Assembly (NCBI GenBank): GCA_944389495.1
Contig: CALXMN010000002.1
Span: 85,704-149,703, forward strand
Origin: an uncultured Alphaproteobacteria bacterium
GTDB taxonomy: Bacteria; Pseudomonadota; Alphaproteobacteria; Rs-D84
DNA length: 64,000 nucleotides
Reading direction: 5' to 3'
Part shown: in pieces, positions 18,436 to 27,966 of the stretch
Position numbering within the stretch: the stretch's first letter is position 1
Layout: the number at the start of each line of letters is the position of its first letter
Notes under the pieces: generated by a model
Told to the model about the DNA's origin: nothing
The model's input: only the letters and a program-made list of their open reading frames with translations
Databases searched by the model: none
Position numbers and translations under genes: made by a program

Positions 18436-18529
18436 TTTTTTAATCATTTGTAAAAAATGCGCTGGGGCAATAAATCGTGTATCCAGCGCGTTTTTTTGTA
18501 ATAAAAATCCCGCCATTTGGCGGGGTTAA

Positions 18530-19168
18530 TTAATCTTTTATTTGTTTTAATTTTTCGGCGAATGTAAATGTGTATTGTGTTGCCGACCATACCGATGCAA
18601 TTAATGCCAGCCACAGGCATATTACACCAATGTATGCAAATACATAGAAGGCATAAGATGCCGCAAATGCATAATGTGGAAATACAGTCAGCGAAGGCAT
18701 ACACATCATTAATAACAATGCGCATATTGAAATCATCTGTATTGTTGTTTTTATTTTTCCCATTGAAAAACGTGCCTTGGGAACCGGCATTTCTATTTTT
18801 TGTGTTCCAAGAAATTCCCGCAGGCCGCTGATATACAATTCGCGTGCAATCATAATAATTGTTGGAACGATAATCATCCATATTTGAACGCCGGGAACCG
18901 GAATTTGGGCCAGCGCAAACGTCATAACGATGGTTAACATAATCAGTGTGTTTACAACCAATAACTTATCACCAATGTGATCCATCACGCCGCCCAATTT
19001 TGTACATACGTTATATTTGCGGGCCAAAAATCCATCGAACCAATCTGATACAGAGCCCAACAGAAATAATATAAACGATGTCCAATACATTCCAAACAGT
19101 AATGTCGGTATAATTGCAAATGCCGCGGTAATGCGGAATGCGGATAAAAAGTTAACGAAAAACTTCAT
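18530..19168 (-). CDS. pgsA: CDP-diacylglycerol--glycerol-3-phosphate 3-phosphatidyltransferase-like (CDP-alcohol phosphatidyltransferase)
   Basis: Motif DWFDGFLARKYNVCTKLGGVMDHIGDK in a polytopic 212-aa protein. Confidence 0.8.
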   Translation of the reverse strand: MKFFVNFLSAFRITAAFAIIPTLLFGMYWTSFILFLLGSVSDWFDGFLARKYNVCTKLGGVMDHIGDKLLVVNTLIMLTIVMTFALAQIPVPGVQIWMIIVPTIIMIARELYISGLREFLGTQKIEMPVPKARFSMGKIKTTIQMISICALLLMMCMPSLTVFPHYAFAASYAFYVFAYIGVICLWLALIASVWSATQYTFTFAEKLKQIKD

Positions 19169-19203
19169 ATTTTTGCTCCTTTAATAAATCATCAATGTTG
19201 GTA

Positions 19204-20628
19204 TTATATCACTTCTGAATGGAAATGGGCATATATTTTTTCGGCGGCCGATTTGCCCAGACCCGGAACGTGCATTAACGCATCCAGGTTTGCATCCGTT
19301 ATCGCGCGGACAGAACCAAAGTGGTTTAACAATGCACGTTTACGTGTGGGGCCGATGCCTTCGATTTCATCCAGTACCGATGATGTCATTTGCTTTGCGC
19401 GGACCGTGCGATGAAATGTAATGACGAAACGATGGGCCTCGTCACGGACGGCGCGCAGTAATAAAAACAGACGTGAATCTTTGGGGATGTCGCGGCAAAT
19501 GGTGCCGTTCGGCATTATAAAATGTTCGTCACCGTCACGAACCACGCCCTTGGTAACGCCAAGAATTGGTATTTCGGGGGCCGTTTTATGGGCGATGTTC
19601 CATTGGGCGGGACCGCCATCAACCACGATTAAATCCAGTTTTGGTCCACGTGTTGTTGCGCGTGATACGAATTCCGCCATCATCGCAATGTCATTTCCGG
19701 CACGTGATGTGTCGCGTAATTTAAAATGTCTGTATCCAGATTTTATAAAACCGTCGTGACCAAATGTTATCATCGCGCCAACGGGGTTGCGACCAAATAA
19801 GTGCGAATTATCAAATACACCCGCGCATTCAATTTTTATGCCCAGCCATTTTTCCAAATCATTAACAGAATCTGCCCAGTCAAAATTTGCGCTGTGTGCA
19901 CGATTCCGCCGTATACCGCGATTTGATGTTTGGGTTAGTGCAGCGATTTTGTCGCGTACAATTGCGGCGGATTCATAATCCATTGCGTTGGAAAAATTTT
20001 GCATTTGTTTGGTTAGATCTGCGATGATTGGCTCGCTGTCGCCGGTAAGAATACGGCGTGCCAACGCAACGTTTGCAGCATAGTCCGTTTGTGGAATTGT
20101 ACAAGGGCCACTGCAACGGCCGATTTGATATAACAGACACGGTCGTGTGCGATTGCGCATAAATGTGTCTGTACAGGTCCGCAGGCGACATACCTTTTGA
20201 ATCGTTTTGATTGTTTCGTTTAATGCGGTAACCGATGGATATGGACCGTATACATCGCGACGCTGGGATATTTTGCCACGAAACTTTAACAGACGTGGAT
20301 ATTCCGATTGGGTTAATGCAATCATAGGGTACATTTTCCCATCGGTCAGCATTATGTTGTATTTTGGCCTTAGTGTTTTAATCAGGTGTTGTTCCAATAA
20401 TAATGCATCTGATTCTGTTGATACAATTTCCCAGTCAACCCGCGCGACCAGTGTGCGCATAACCTGTTTGTGGGGCTCTAGTTTTGAGATGTCCAAATAT
20501 TGCCGTAATCGATTTGACAGATTTTTTGCCTTGCCCACATATAATAATGTGCCATCTGCGTCGTACATCTTGTACACGCCGGGGGCGTTGGGACTGTTTT
20601 CTATTAAATCAGAAAATTGAATATTCAT
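19204..20628 (-). CDS. uvrC: excinuclease ABC subunit C (compact, 474 aa)
   Basis: ATG 20628 (the ORF opens at 20664). GIY-YIG GVYKMYDADGTLLYVGKAKNLSNRLRQY, UVR-like YESAAIVRDKIAAL, and C-terminal (HhH)2 IEGIGPTRKRALLNHFGS...VPGLGKSAAEKI. Confidence 0.85.
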   Translation of the reverse strand: MNIQFSDLIENSPNAPGVYKMYDADGTLLYVGKAKNLSNRLRQYLDISKLEPHKQVMRTLVARVDWEIVSTESDALLLEQHLIKTLRPKYNIMLTDGKMYPMIALTQSEYPRLLKFRGKISQRRDVYGPYPSVTALNETIKTIQKVCRLRTCTDTFMRNRTRPCLLYQIGRCSGPCTIPQTDYAANVALARRILTGDSEPIIADLTKQMQNFSNAMDYESAAIVRDKIAALTQTSNRGIRRNRAHSANFDWADSVNDLEKWLGIKIECAGVFDNSHLFGRNPVGAMITFGHDGFIKSGYRHFKLRDTSRAGNDIAMMAEFVSRATTRGPKLDLIVVDGGPAQWNIAHKTAPEIPILGVTKGVVRDGDEHFIMPNGTICRDIPKDSRLFLLLRAVRDEAHRFVITFHRTVRAKQMTSSVLDEIEGIGPTRKRALLNHFGSVRAITDANLDALMHVPGLGKSAAEKIYAHFHSEVI

Positions 20629-20677
20629 ACTGAATATGATAGAATATAAAAAAATAAATATCAAATAGAGGTTGAAT

Positions 20678-21142
20678 ATGAAACAAGAATCGGGTCGATC
20701 AATGATTGAAATGATGGGCGTGTTGGCAATTATGGGGGTTATAACTGTTGGGGCTATCGCCGCAATTTCCAGCGCAATGAATATGCAAAAACGAAACGAG
20801 GTTAATGATGAAGTTCTGCAAATGGTAACCCAAGTACGCCAGATGTTTACAGAATATGATGATTATTCCAATATAAATAATGCAACTATTTTTGGTGCAA
20901 TTGGAATGACAAATCAAAATCCGTATGGTGGTACGTACGAGATATCGGTTAATCCATCCAATGCACGTCAATTTGTAATTTCTATTAATGGGTTGTCCAA
21001 ATCTGATTGTGAATATTTTATAACCAAGGGATGGGACGGTTCGGTTGGGTATGAAATGTCGGGGCGTACGCAAAGTGGCGCATCTGGTTCCTGTGACAAA
21101 GATAATGGGGAAAATGTTGTTCAGATAACGTATGGTGAATAA
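20678..21142 (+). CDS. type IV pilin / pseudopilin-like protein
   Basis: ATG 20678 follows AGAGG. Short leader MKQESG, then RSMIEMMGVLAIMGVITVGAIAAI, which places Glu at +5 after the Gly and is followed by a ~20-aa hydrophobic helix. Two Cys near the C-terminus (SDCEYF...SGSCD). Confidence 0.6.
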   Translation: MKQESGRSMIEMMGVLAIMGVITVGAIAAISSAMNMQKRNEVNDEVLQMVTQVRQMFTEYDDYSNINNATIFGAIGMTNQNPYGGTYEISVNPSNARQFVISINGLSKSDCEYFITKGWDGSVGYEMSGRTQSGASGSCDKDNGENVVQITYGE

Positions 21143-21160
21143 CATCGTTTGGTGGTGCAA

Positions 21161-22132
21161 ATGGCGGAAATGATCCAGGTTTCCAAAACCGAAGAAGGAA
21201 CGCGATTGTTGCGATGGTTTTTGCGACGGTACCCGTCTATGCCCCAACGGGAATTTTATAAACTGTGTCGTGGCGGACAAATTCGTGTAAATTCTTCGCG
21301 TGCCCGTGGCCAGGAAATATTACGCGCAGGTGATGTTGTGCGTGTGCCGCCAACGTTGGCCAGTTATGCCTGTACACAATGTAAAAAAACAGAAAGTGGT
21401 GTACGTTTTTCTTTGGCGGATTTGGAATCTTTGCGGCGTTGCATAATTCATAATGATGATGATATTGTTGTTTTTAATAAACCCGCTGGGTTGGCCGTAC
21501 AGGGCGGAACGGGTATTCGTAAATCTGTGGATAAAATGGCGGCCGCTTTGTTCCCGTATGACAAGGTTGCGTTGGTTCATCGTTTGGATCGGGAAACCAG
21601 CGGGGTTTTGGTCGTCGCAAAAAACCAGCGTGCGGCCCAGGTGCTTGCAAATGAATTTCAAACAAAATCTGCGCATAAAGAATATCTGGCGTTATTAAAT
21701 GGTGATGTTAGTCCCGATCACGGTGTAATCGATAACTATATGGTCAAAGGCCAGGTGTTTGATAATCCGGCACGTATAAATAATGGTACAGGCCAGCGGC
21801 CACAACGGGCAATCACAGAATATCGGGTTTTGTCAACGGCCGGTGGACATTTGTCGTGGGTGTTGTTTTCGCCAAAAACCGGACGCACACATCAATTGCG
21901 TATACATAGTGCCTTGAATTTAAATGCGCCAATTGTGGGTGATGAATTATATGGACGGGATAAGTATATTGATGGGGCGTTGGGGTCTGTGTTGGCAACA
22001 AATAACTTGTTTTTGTTGGCGTACAAGTTAACATTTCAACATCCAAGCACGGGTAAAACAATGACTTTGCGGGCACCGATACCGGATTTTATGCGGCCCG
22101 TTATAAAGTTTTTAGAATTTAAATTGCCGTAA
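21161..22132 (+). CDS. rluC: RluA-family 23S rRNA pseudouridine synthase (RluC/D-like)
   Basis: S4-like N-terminus (REFYKLCRGGQIRVNSSRARGQEILRAGDVVRVP). Catalytic block HRLDRETSGVLVVAKN, plus KEYLALLNG and GRTHQLRIH. The ORF opens at 21149 (TTG); the first ATG is 21161. Confidence 0.8.
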   Translation: MAEMIQVSKTEEGTRLLRWFLRRYPSMPQREFYKLCRGGQIRVNSSRARGQEILRAGDVVRVPPTLASYACTQCKKTESGVRFSLADLESLRRCIIHNDDDIVVFNKPAGLAVQGGTGIRKSVDKMAAALFPYDKVALVHRLDRETSGVLVVAKNQRAAQVLANEFQTKSAHKEYLALLNGDVSPDHGVIDNYMVKGQVFDNPARINNGTGQRPQRAITEYRVLSTAGGHLSWVLFSPKTGRTHQLRIHSALNLNAPIVGDELYGRDKYIDGALGSVLATNNLFLLAYKLTFQHPSTGKTMTLRAPIPDFMRPVIKFLEFKLP

Positions 22133-22138
22133 ATAAAA

Positions 22139-24241
22139 ATGGTTAAGAAAAAAAGAAAGGGTAGTTTTTTTAAAATTATGCGCGTGCTGGTTCTGTTTAT
22201 AATGGGACTGGTGGTGGCGGTTGTGATCGCGTTAAGCCAGATAAATCTTGAGGCGTTACGCGGCAGTGTTTTAACCGTATTGCGGGATGCAACGGGTTTG
22301 CCTGTGGAAATTGATGGGGCGGTGTCTTGGAAGTTATCTTTGCGGCCACAAATTGAATTGAACCAGGTGCGGGTACCAAATGCAGAATGGGCGCGGCACG
22401 AAAATGCATTCAGCGCAGAAAAAATAGACGTTACATTGGATTTAATTTCTTTGTTTCAAGACAGGCCAACAATACAAAATGTCAAAGTTTATGATGCCAC
22501 CATTTGTATAGAGCAAAATGAAAAGGGCGAATTTTCAATATTGCCAAAATTTACATCGGCACAACCGGATACAGATGCCGGAACAGAGGCACCCGTTTTA
22601 ACGGGGCCGGCCGATTATCCATTTGTTGACCCGGGGCTGGGCGGGTTAGAGGTACAGAATCTTGATATAGATATTTTGGGGGCCGAGTATTCGATTAACG
22701 GCTTTCAAATTCGATATATGCCGCGCAGCGATACGCGCGAATACAGCGGATGGGTAAGATCAACCAGTGATGTCTTTCCTTTTATATTGTCTTTTTCAAA
22801 ATACAATGCCGAACGCAAGGTTTATCCATTGCGCGTTGCGTTTGCAACCGGTGGTGATGCATTGATTGCAAATATCGCATTAGAGGGTACAAGCAAGGCA
22901 CCAATTGATTTTATAATTCGTGGCGATATTCCAGATATTGCAGAAGTTGGAAAGGTTTTTAATCTTGATTTGGAAACAATGCCCGCAATGAAAGTTGATA
23001 TTTCTGGTGGATATGATTGGCAGAAACTGACACTGCGGAATTCTGTGATAACCGTACGTGGAACAACGTTGGGGTTCAGTGGGGTTATTGATTGGTCGGG
23101 GGCGGTGCCAAATGTTACGGCGACATTGGAATCTGATTATGTTAGTTTATATGAATTGTTCCCGGATATGTATGGGAAAAAGTGGGTACGGCCGAATCGT
23201 GATTTAAATGTTTTTCACGATATACCGTTATATGGAACCGAATTTTTAAAGATAAATGCAGATTTGCGGATTTTGTTTGATAAATTTGTTATCTATCGTG
23301 ATTTTAATTTATCTGATATGGATGTGCGGTTGAATTTGTACAACGGTCGGGGACGGATTGATGTGGCAACCGTAATCGCAAATGGAAATGTTCGTGCCGC
23401 GGCGGATGTTGATATTGATGCAGATGGGCGGATGTATGCACGGGTCGGGGGATTGGGACGTGGAATTACAATCGGGCAATTGTTACAACAGGTTTATATA
23501 GATGATTTTATTTCTGAATTGCCGGTGGATTTCGAAATGTATGTGGAGGCCAGTGGCAGCACATTGTCCGAATGGATGCAGACAATCACGGGGCCTGTGC
23601 GGGTGTATTCGTCGGGATCGGGGTATGCGCATTCGGCACTGGTTGCGAATATGTATGGAACAGATTTTTTAACCACCTTGCGACACAGTATAACCGATTT
23701 GTTCAGTTCTGAAAAAAAGTATAATCAAATGACAATTTCGTGTGTTTCGGTAAATACAAAACTTCGCGAAGGTTTAATTGAAACCCAGCACGGGGTCGCG
23801 GTTGAAACAAATGCAATAAATGTGCGCTTGGCCGGTAACTTGGATTTGGGGGATGAAAAAATGCAATTGTCTTTGACGACGGTGCCGGTGCGCGGATTAA
23901 AGTTATCTTTGACGGGAAATGTTGTGAATTCTATGGAAATAACAGGAAATTTGGCAGAGCCAACAATAAGAATCAGTGGGGCCGCCGTAGCGGGCAAGGT
24001 TGCGTCTGCAACGGGAATTGGTTTATTGCTGGCACCGTTTACAGGTGGAATAGGATTGGTCGCCGGGGCGGGGGTTGGACTGTTGGCGGGCGATTTGTTG
24101 GAAAACTGGTTGGCGGATGACAATCCGTGCGAAACCGCATTGGAACGTGGGGCACCATCGCGTCGCGGTGATGCGGAATGGATGGATTTGTCGGCAGCGG
24201 ATTTGGCAAATAATATTATAAATAAAGGGGAAAATTTATAA
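22139..24241 (+). CDS. AsmA-family outer-membrane biogenesis/lipid-transport protein
   Basis: N-terminal anchor FFKIMRVLVLFIMGLVVAVVIAL followed by an AsmA-like N-domain (LPVEIDGAVSWKLSLRPQIELNQVRVPN). 700 aa with a beta-rich body. Confidence 0.7.
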   Translation: MVKKKRKGSFFKIMRVLVLFIMGLVVAVVIALSQINLEALRGSVLTVLRDATGLPVEIDGAVSWKLSLRPQIELNQVRVPNAEWARHENAFSAEKIDVTLDLISLFQDRPTIQNVKVYDATICIEQNEKGEFSILPKFTSAQPDTDAGTEAPVLTGPADYPFVDPGLGGLEVQNLDIDILGAEYSINGFQIRYMPRSDTREYSGWVRSTSDVFPFILSFSKYNAERKVYPLRVAFATGGDALIANIALEGTSKAPIDFIIRGDIPDIAEVGKVFNLDLETMPAMKVDISGGYDWQKLTLRNSVITVRGTTLGFSGVIDWSGAVPNVTATLESDYVSLYELFPDMYGKKWVRPNRDLNVFHDIPLYGTEFLKINADLRILFDKFVIYRDFNLSDMDVRLNLYNGRGRIDVATVIANGNVRAAADVDIDADGRMYARVGGLGRGITIGQLLQQVYIDDFISELPVDFEMYVEASGSTLSEWMQTITGPVRVYSSGSGYAHSALVANMYGTDFLTTLRHSITDLFSSEKKYNQMTISCVSVNTKLREGLIETQHGVAVETNAINVRLAGNLDLGDEKMQLSLTTVPVRGLKLSLTGNVVNSMEITGNLAEPTIRISGAAVAGKVASATGIGLLLAPFTGGIGLVAGAGVGLLAGDLLENWLADDNPCETALERGAPSRRGDAEWMDLSAADLANNIINKGENL

Positions 24242-24999
24242 TGACATATTGGGTTGATTTAATTCAAATTCTGGTAATCGCGATTGTTTTATTTTTGTTT
24301 TACCGCGCATTTATAAAAAATACATCGTCTGAAAGACTGGTGCGGGGCTTGTTGGGGTTGGCACTGTTGTGGGTATTAAGTTTTGTTTTGCCCCAGTTAC
24401 ATTTGGAATTGTTGGGTACATTTTTGCACTGGACGGCGTTGTTTTTATCCATCAGTTTGGTTGTTGTGTTTCAACCGGAATTGCGCAAGTTTATGGCATT
24501 GATGGGAAATATTGATGAGTGGCGCCGAATCTTTCGTGTGCCCGCCGACGCAAGACGTGATACAAAGTCATTGGATGCAATTGTGTCTGCGGTTGAATAT
24601 ATGTCGGCAAAACATACGGGGGCTTTGATTGTTTTTACGGGGTCGTTGGACGAAAGCGCAATTGATAAACCCGGCGTTGTTGTTGATGCTGTTATTTCAA
24701 GCGAGTTGTTGTTAACCATATTCTTTAATAAAACACCGCTGCACGATGGGGCGGTTATCATAGAAAAAAATCGTATCGCATATGCGGGGGGGATATTGCC
24801 ACTGTCAAAAAATAATTTAAATTGGAAATATGGAACACGACATCGGGCCGCATTGGGGTTAAGTGAAGTGTCCGGTGCAACTGTTTTGGTTGTGTCAGAA
24901 GAAAGTGGCGATATTTCAATCGCAGAAAAGGGCAAGTTTACAAAATATGATGATATGAAAAAACTGCGGGCCAAGTTGGAACGTGTTATGATAAAATAA
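24241..24999 (+). CDS. cdaA: membrane diadenylate cyclase CdaA (c-di-AMP synthase)
   Basis: Three N-terminal TM helices plus a DisA_N core: HTGALIVF, TPLHDGAVIIEKNRI, GTRHRAALGLSEVSGATVLVVSEESG. The start overlaps the asmA-family stop (TAATG). Confidence 0.85.
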   Translation: MTYWVDLIQILVIAIVLFLFYRAFIKNTSSERLVRGLLGLALLWVLSFVLPQLHLELLGTFLHWTALFLSISLVVVFQPELRKFMALMGNIDEWRRIFRVPADARRDTKSLDAIVSAVEYMSAKHTGALIVFTGSLDESAIDKPGVVVDAVISSELLLTIFFNKTPLHDGAVIIEKNRIAYAGGILPLSKNNLNWKYGTRHRAALGLSEVSGATVLVVSEESGDISIAEKGKFTKYDDMKKLRAKLERVMIK

Positions 25000-25001
25000 T
25001 A

Positions 25002-25028
25002 AAATGCCGTATTAGCGGCATTTTTTAT
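25002..25028 (+). terminator. intrinsic terminator after cdaA
   Basis: ATGCCG-TATTAG-CGGCAT followed by TTTTTT. Confidence 0.7.
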
Positions 25029-25157
25029 TTTTGTTTGACTGTGGTTGATATTTGTCCATAAATTGCGCTGTCAATAACCCTTGCACCGAATCGGCATTTT
25101 TTGATAAACTGAATCGAAAAGGATGTAGGACGAAAATAGATTTAACAGGAGCGTATA

Positions 25158-26276
25158 ATGGAATTTTCAGTATTTCGTCAGGTTTTAATCCGTGCGCTGG
25201 GGCATATGCAGTCAATTGTGGAAAAGCGTGCGACGCTGCCGATATTGGTTAATGTTAAAATAGAGGTTGCGGATGATTTGATTCTGTCTGCAACGAATGT
25301 GGATCTAGAGTTGGTTGAACACGTGGCGGCGGATATTACATTGGGTGGCAAGACAACCGTACCGGTTCAGATGCTGTATGATATTGTTCGTAAGTTGCCT
25401 GATGATGCGGAAATTTCTTTTAAACAGTCCGGTGATCAACTGGTCGTGTCCAGTGGGCGCGCGGTGTTTCATTTACCAACATTGCCGGCGGAAAATTTCC
25501 CGGCAATGGCGGGCAGTAATTTGACAACCAAGTTCCAGATGACAACCGGTGATTTGGCTCATTTGATTAACCAGACAAAGTTCGCGATACCAACCGATGA
25601 TGTGCGTTATCATCTTGGGGGGATTTATTTCCATATTTCTGACGAGGGCAAGGAAAAAATGTTGACCGCGGTTGCAACCGATGCCCAGCGTATGGCACTT
25701 TGTGCGATGCCGGCCCCGGCGGGCAGTGTAGAAATGCCGGCCGTTATTTTGCCGCGTCGTGTTATCGGTGAATTGTCCAAGTTATTGGAAGATGCGACCG
25801 TTGATGATGTGACAGTTGAATTGTCTGATACCAAGGCGCGTTTTACCGTTGGTGCCGCAACATTGACCAGTAAATTGGTTGATGCGCAATATCCAAACTA
25901 TCGTGTTGTTATCCCCAAGGGAAATGACAAAATTGCGATTCTGGACAGAAAACAGTTCTTAAACGCGGTGGATTTGGTTTCTGTTGCCAGTGTGGATAAA
26001 ACAAAATCTGTGCAATTAACTTTTTCTATGAATAAGTTGGTTGTTAACGCGTCCAGTCCGGATGCCGGAACTGCAACCCAAGAATTAGATATTGAATACA
26101 ATGGCGACAGTGCATTTACCGTCGTGTTTAATGTAAAGTTCTTGATGGATGTTGCCGGCCAGGTAGAAGGTGAAAAGTTCCAAATGGAAATGCAGGATCC
26201 TTTGTCGCCGACAATTATTAAATCCACCGATAAAAATACAGATGCGTTGTTTGTTTTGATGCCAATGCGTATGTAG
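25158..26276 (+). CDS. dnaN: DNA polymerase III beta sliding clamp
   Basis: MEFSVFRQVLIRALGHMQSIVEKRATLPILVNVKIEV..., LPDD, DVRYHLGGIYF, ATDAQRMAL, YPNYRVVIP, ending FVLMPMRM. 372 aa. Confidence 0.9.
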   Translation: MEFSVFRQVLIRALGHMQSIVEKRATLPILVNVKIEVADDLILSATNVDLELVEHVAADITLGGKTTVPVQMLYDIVRKLPDDAEISFKQSGDQLVVSSGRAVFHLPTLPAENFPAMAGSNLTTKFQMTTGDLAHLINQTKFAIPTDDVRYHLGGIYFHISDEGKEKMLTAVATDAQRMALCAMPAPAGSVEMPAVILPRRVIGELSKLLEDATVDDVTVELSDTKARFTVGAATLTSKLVDAQYPNYRVVIPKGNDKIAILDRKQFLNAVDLVSVASVDKTKSVQLTFSMNKLVVNASSPDAGTATQELDIEYNGDSAFTVVFNVKFLMDVAGQVEGEKFQMEMQDPLSPTIIKSTDKNTDALFVLMPMRM

Positions 26277-26408
26277 AATGTTTTTCGGGGTGTTCATAAA
26301 GGGGGGCGGAATGTTTGTTCCGGCCCCCTTGGTTTTTTTGTTATTATAAAAATTGCAAATTTGATTTTTTATGATAATATTGCGCCGTTAAATAAAGGAT
26401 TATTGAAT

Positions 26409-26951
26409 ATGAGTATAGAAGAAATCGCACCGGGTAAAGAACCGCCAAAAAAGATGAATGCGATAATAGAGGTCCCAGAAAACGGGCACGTTAAATATGA
26501 AATTGACAAGGCGACTGGTTTGCCACGTGTAGATCGTATATTGCATACGCCAATGGCGTATCCGGCAAATTATGGGTATTTCCCGGGAACGTTGGGTGAT
26601 GACGGTGACCCCTTGGATTGTGTGGTTGTGTGTAATTCGCCGTTGAGGCCGGGGGTATTGATCGAGGTGCGACCAATCGGTGCGCTGTTGATGGAGGACC
26701 AGGCCGGTGGTGATGAAAAAATTATCTGTGTGCCGCGTGATAATATTGATCCGTACTATACCAATACCGAATTCGTAGAGCAATTACCGGCAATTTTGCG
26801 TTCAAAAATAGAATACTTTTTTCATCATTACAAGGATTTGCAACCAAATGCTTGGTCCAAGGTCAAGGGCTGGGCCGATCGTGCAACCGCCGATAAATTG
26901 ATTTTGGACAGCATTGATCGTTATTGGGCGCATAAGCGGGCCGCACAATAA
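26409..26951 (+). CDS. ppa: inorganic pyrophosphatase (family I)
   Basis: ATG 26409 (the ORF opens at 26361). NAIIEVPENGHVKYEIDK, YPANYGYFPGTLGDDGDPLDCVV, DQAGGDEKIICVP. Confidence 0.9.
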   Translation: MSIEEIAPGKEPPKKMNAIIEVPENGHVKYEIDKATGLPRVDRILHTPMAYPANYGYFPGTLGDDGDPLDCVVVCNSPLRPGVLIEVRPIGALLMEDQAGGDEKIICVPRDNIDPYYTNTEFVEQLPAILRSKIEYFFHHYKDLQPNAWSKVKGWADRATADKLILDSIDRYWAHKRAAQ

Positions 26952-27012
26952 ACGCTTGCGTTGTGGTGGCATAACCGTATAATAAAGTCAGAAAATTCAA
27001 GGGGGTATTTAT

Positions 27013-27582
27013 ATGGCATCTTATATTGCAAATGATATGCGCGTTGGTTGGGTAATTTCTTATAATGGTAAACGTTATTCTGTTATGTCGATTACCAAGG
27101 TAAAGCCCGGCAAAGGTGGTGCTTTTGTCCAGGCGGATTTGCGCGATATTGATTCTGGAAACAAAGATAACAATCGTTGGCGTGCCGAGGATAAAGTTGA
27201 AAAATTAATGGTAGAGGATATTGAATGCCAATATCTGTATTCTGATGGTACGGACGCATACTTTATGAATTTGACCAGTTATGAACAGTTTACCGTATCT
27301 GTTGAATCATTGGGTGAACAAATGAAATTTTTGGCACCTGAAATGTTGGTCAAGGTTAATTTTGTCGAGGGCCAGCCCGTATCCGTTTCACTGCCCAAAA
27401 CAGTGATTGCCACCGTCGAGGAAACCGAACCGGCCTTAAAGGGACAAACTGTTTCCAACAGTGGTGGTAAGCCGGCAATCTTGGATAATGGTGTACGTGT
27501 TCAAGTGCCGTTGTTTATCGAACAAGGCGAAAAAATCGTGGTAAATACTGAAACCTTGGAATACGTTGAACGCGCAAAATAA
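27013..27582 (+). CDS. efp: translation elongation factor P
   Basis: ANDMRVGWVISYNGKRYSVMSITKVKPGKGGAFVQADLRDIDSGNK. 189 aa. Confidence 0.9.
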   Translation: MASYIANDMRVGWVISYNGKRYSVMSITKVKPGKGGAFVQADLRDIDSGNKDNNRWRAEDKVEKLMVEDIECQYLYSDGTDAYFMNLTSYEQFTVSVESLGEQMKFLAPEMLVKVNFVEGQPVSVSLPKTVIATVEETEPALKGQTVSNSGGKPAILDNGVRVQVPLFIEQGEKIVVNTETLEYVERAK

Positions 27583-27601
27583 ATTATAATAACATATCTG
27601 T

Positions 27602-27925
27602 AAACGATGGCGATTGCTCATGTAACGCTTGTACACTACGCAATCGTCATCGTTTACATCTATATCATTCTAATTTATTTTATATAATGCTATTTTTTAC
27701 CAACTCGTGTAATGTTTGTACACTACGCAAATTTTTTGCCGTCATCTATATCATTCTAATTTATTTTATATAATGCTATTTTTTGCACGGTGGCAACCAA
27801 CTCCTCGTGTAGCGTTTTTGTACACTTCGTGGTTGCCACTGCACACATCTATGGTGTTCTAATTTGTTTTTATAAAAGCCACATTTACATCTATACCATT
27901 CTAATTTATTTTGCAGTGTTTTTTT
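27602..27925 (+). repeat. degenerate tandem array (3 units of ~85-118 bp) with conserved box, AT-rich box and covarying hairpins
   Basis: The box CTCRTGTARYGYTT(TT)GTACACTWCG occurs at about 27617-27640, 27703-27727 and 27803-27829. The AT-box CATCTATAYCATTCTAATTTATTTT occurs at 27657, 27744 and 27888, with a variant at 27846. Around box 1 the stem is AAACGATGGCGATTG/CAATCGTCATCGTTT; around box 3 it is GGTGGCAACCA/TGGTTGCCACT. Confidence 0.8.
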
Positions 27926-27966
27926 GCAAATTTTTATCCCGCCGTTTGTGTGGGTGTTTTTTAATC

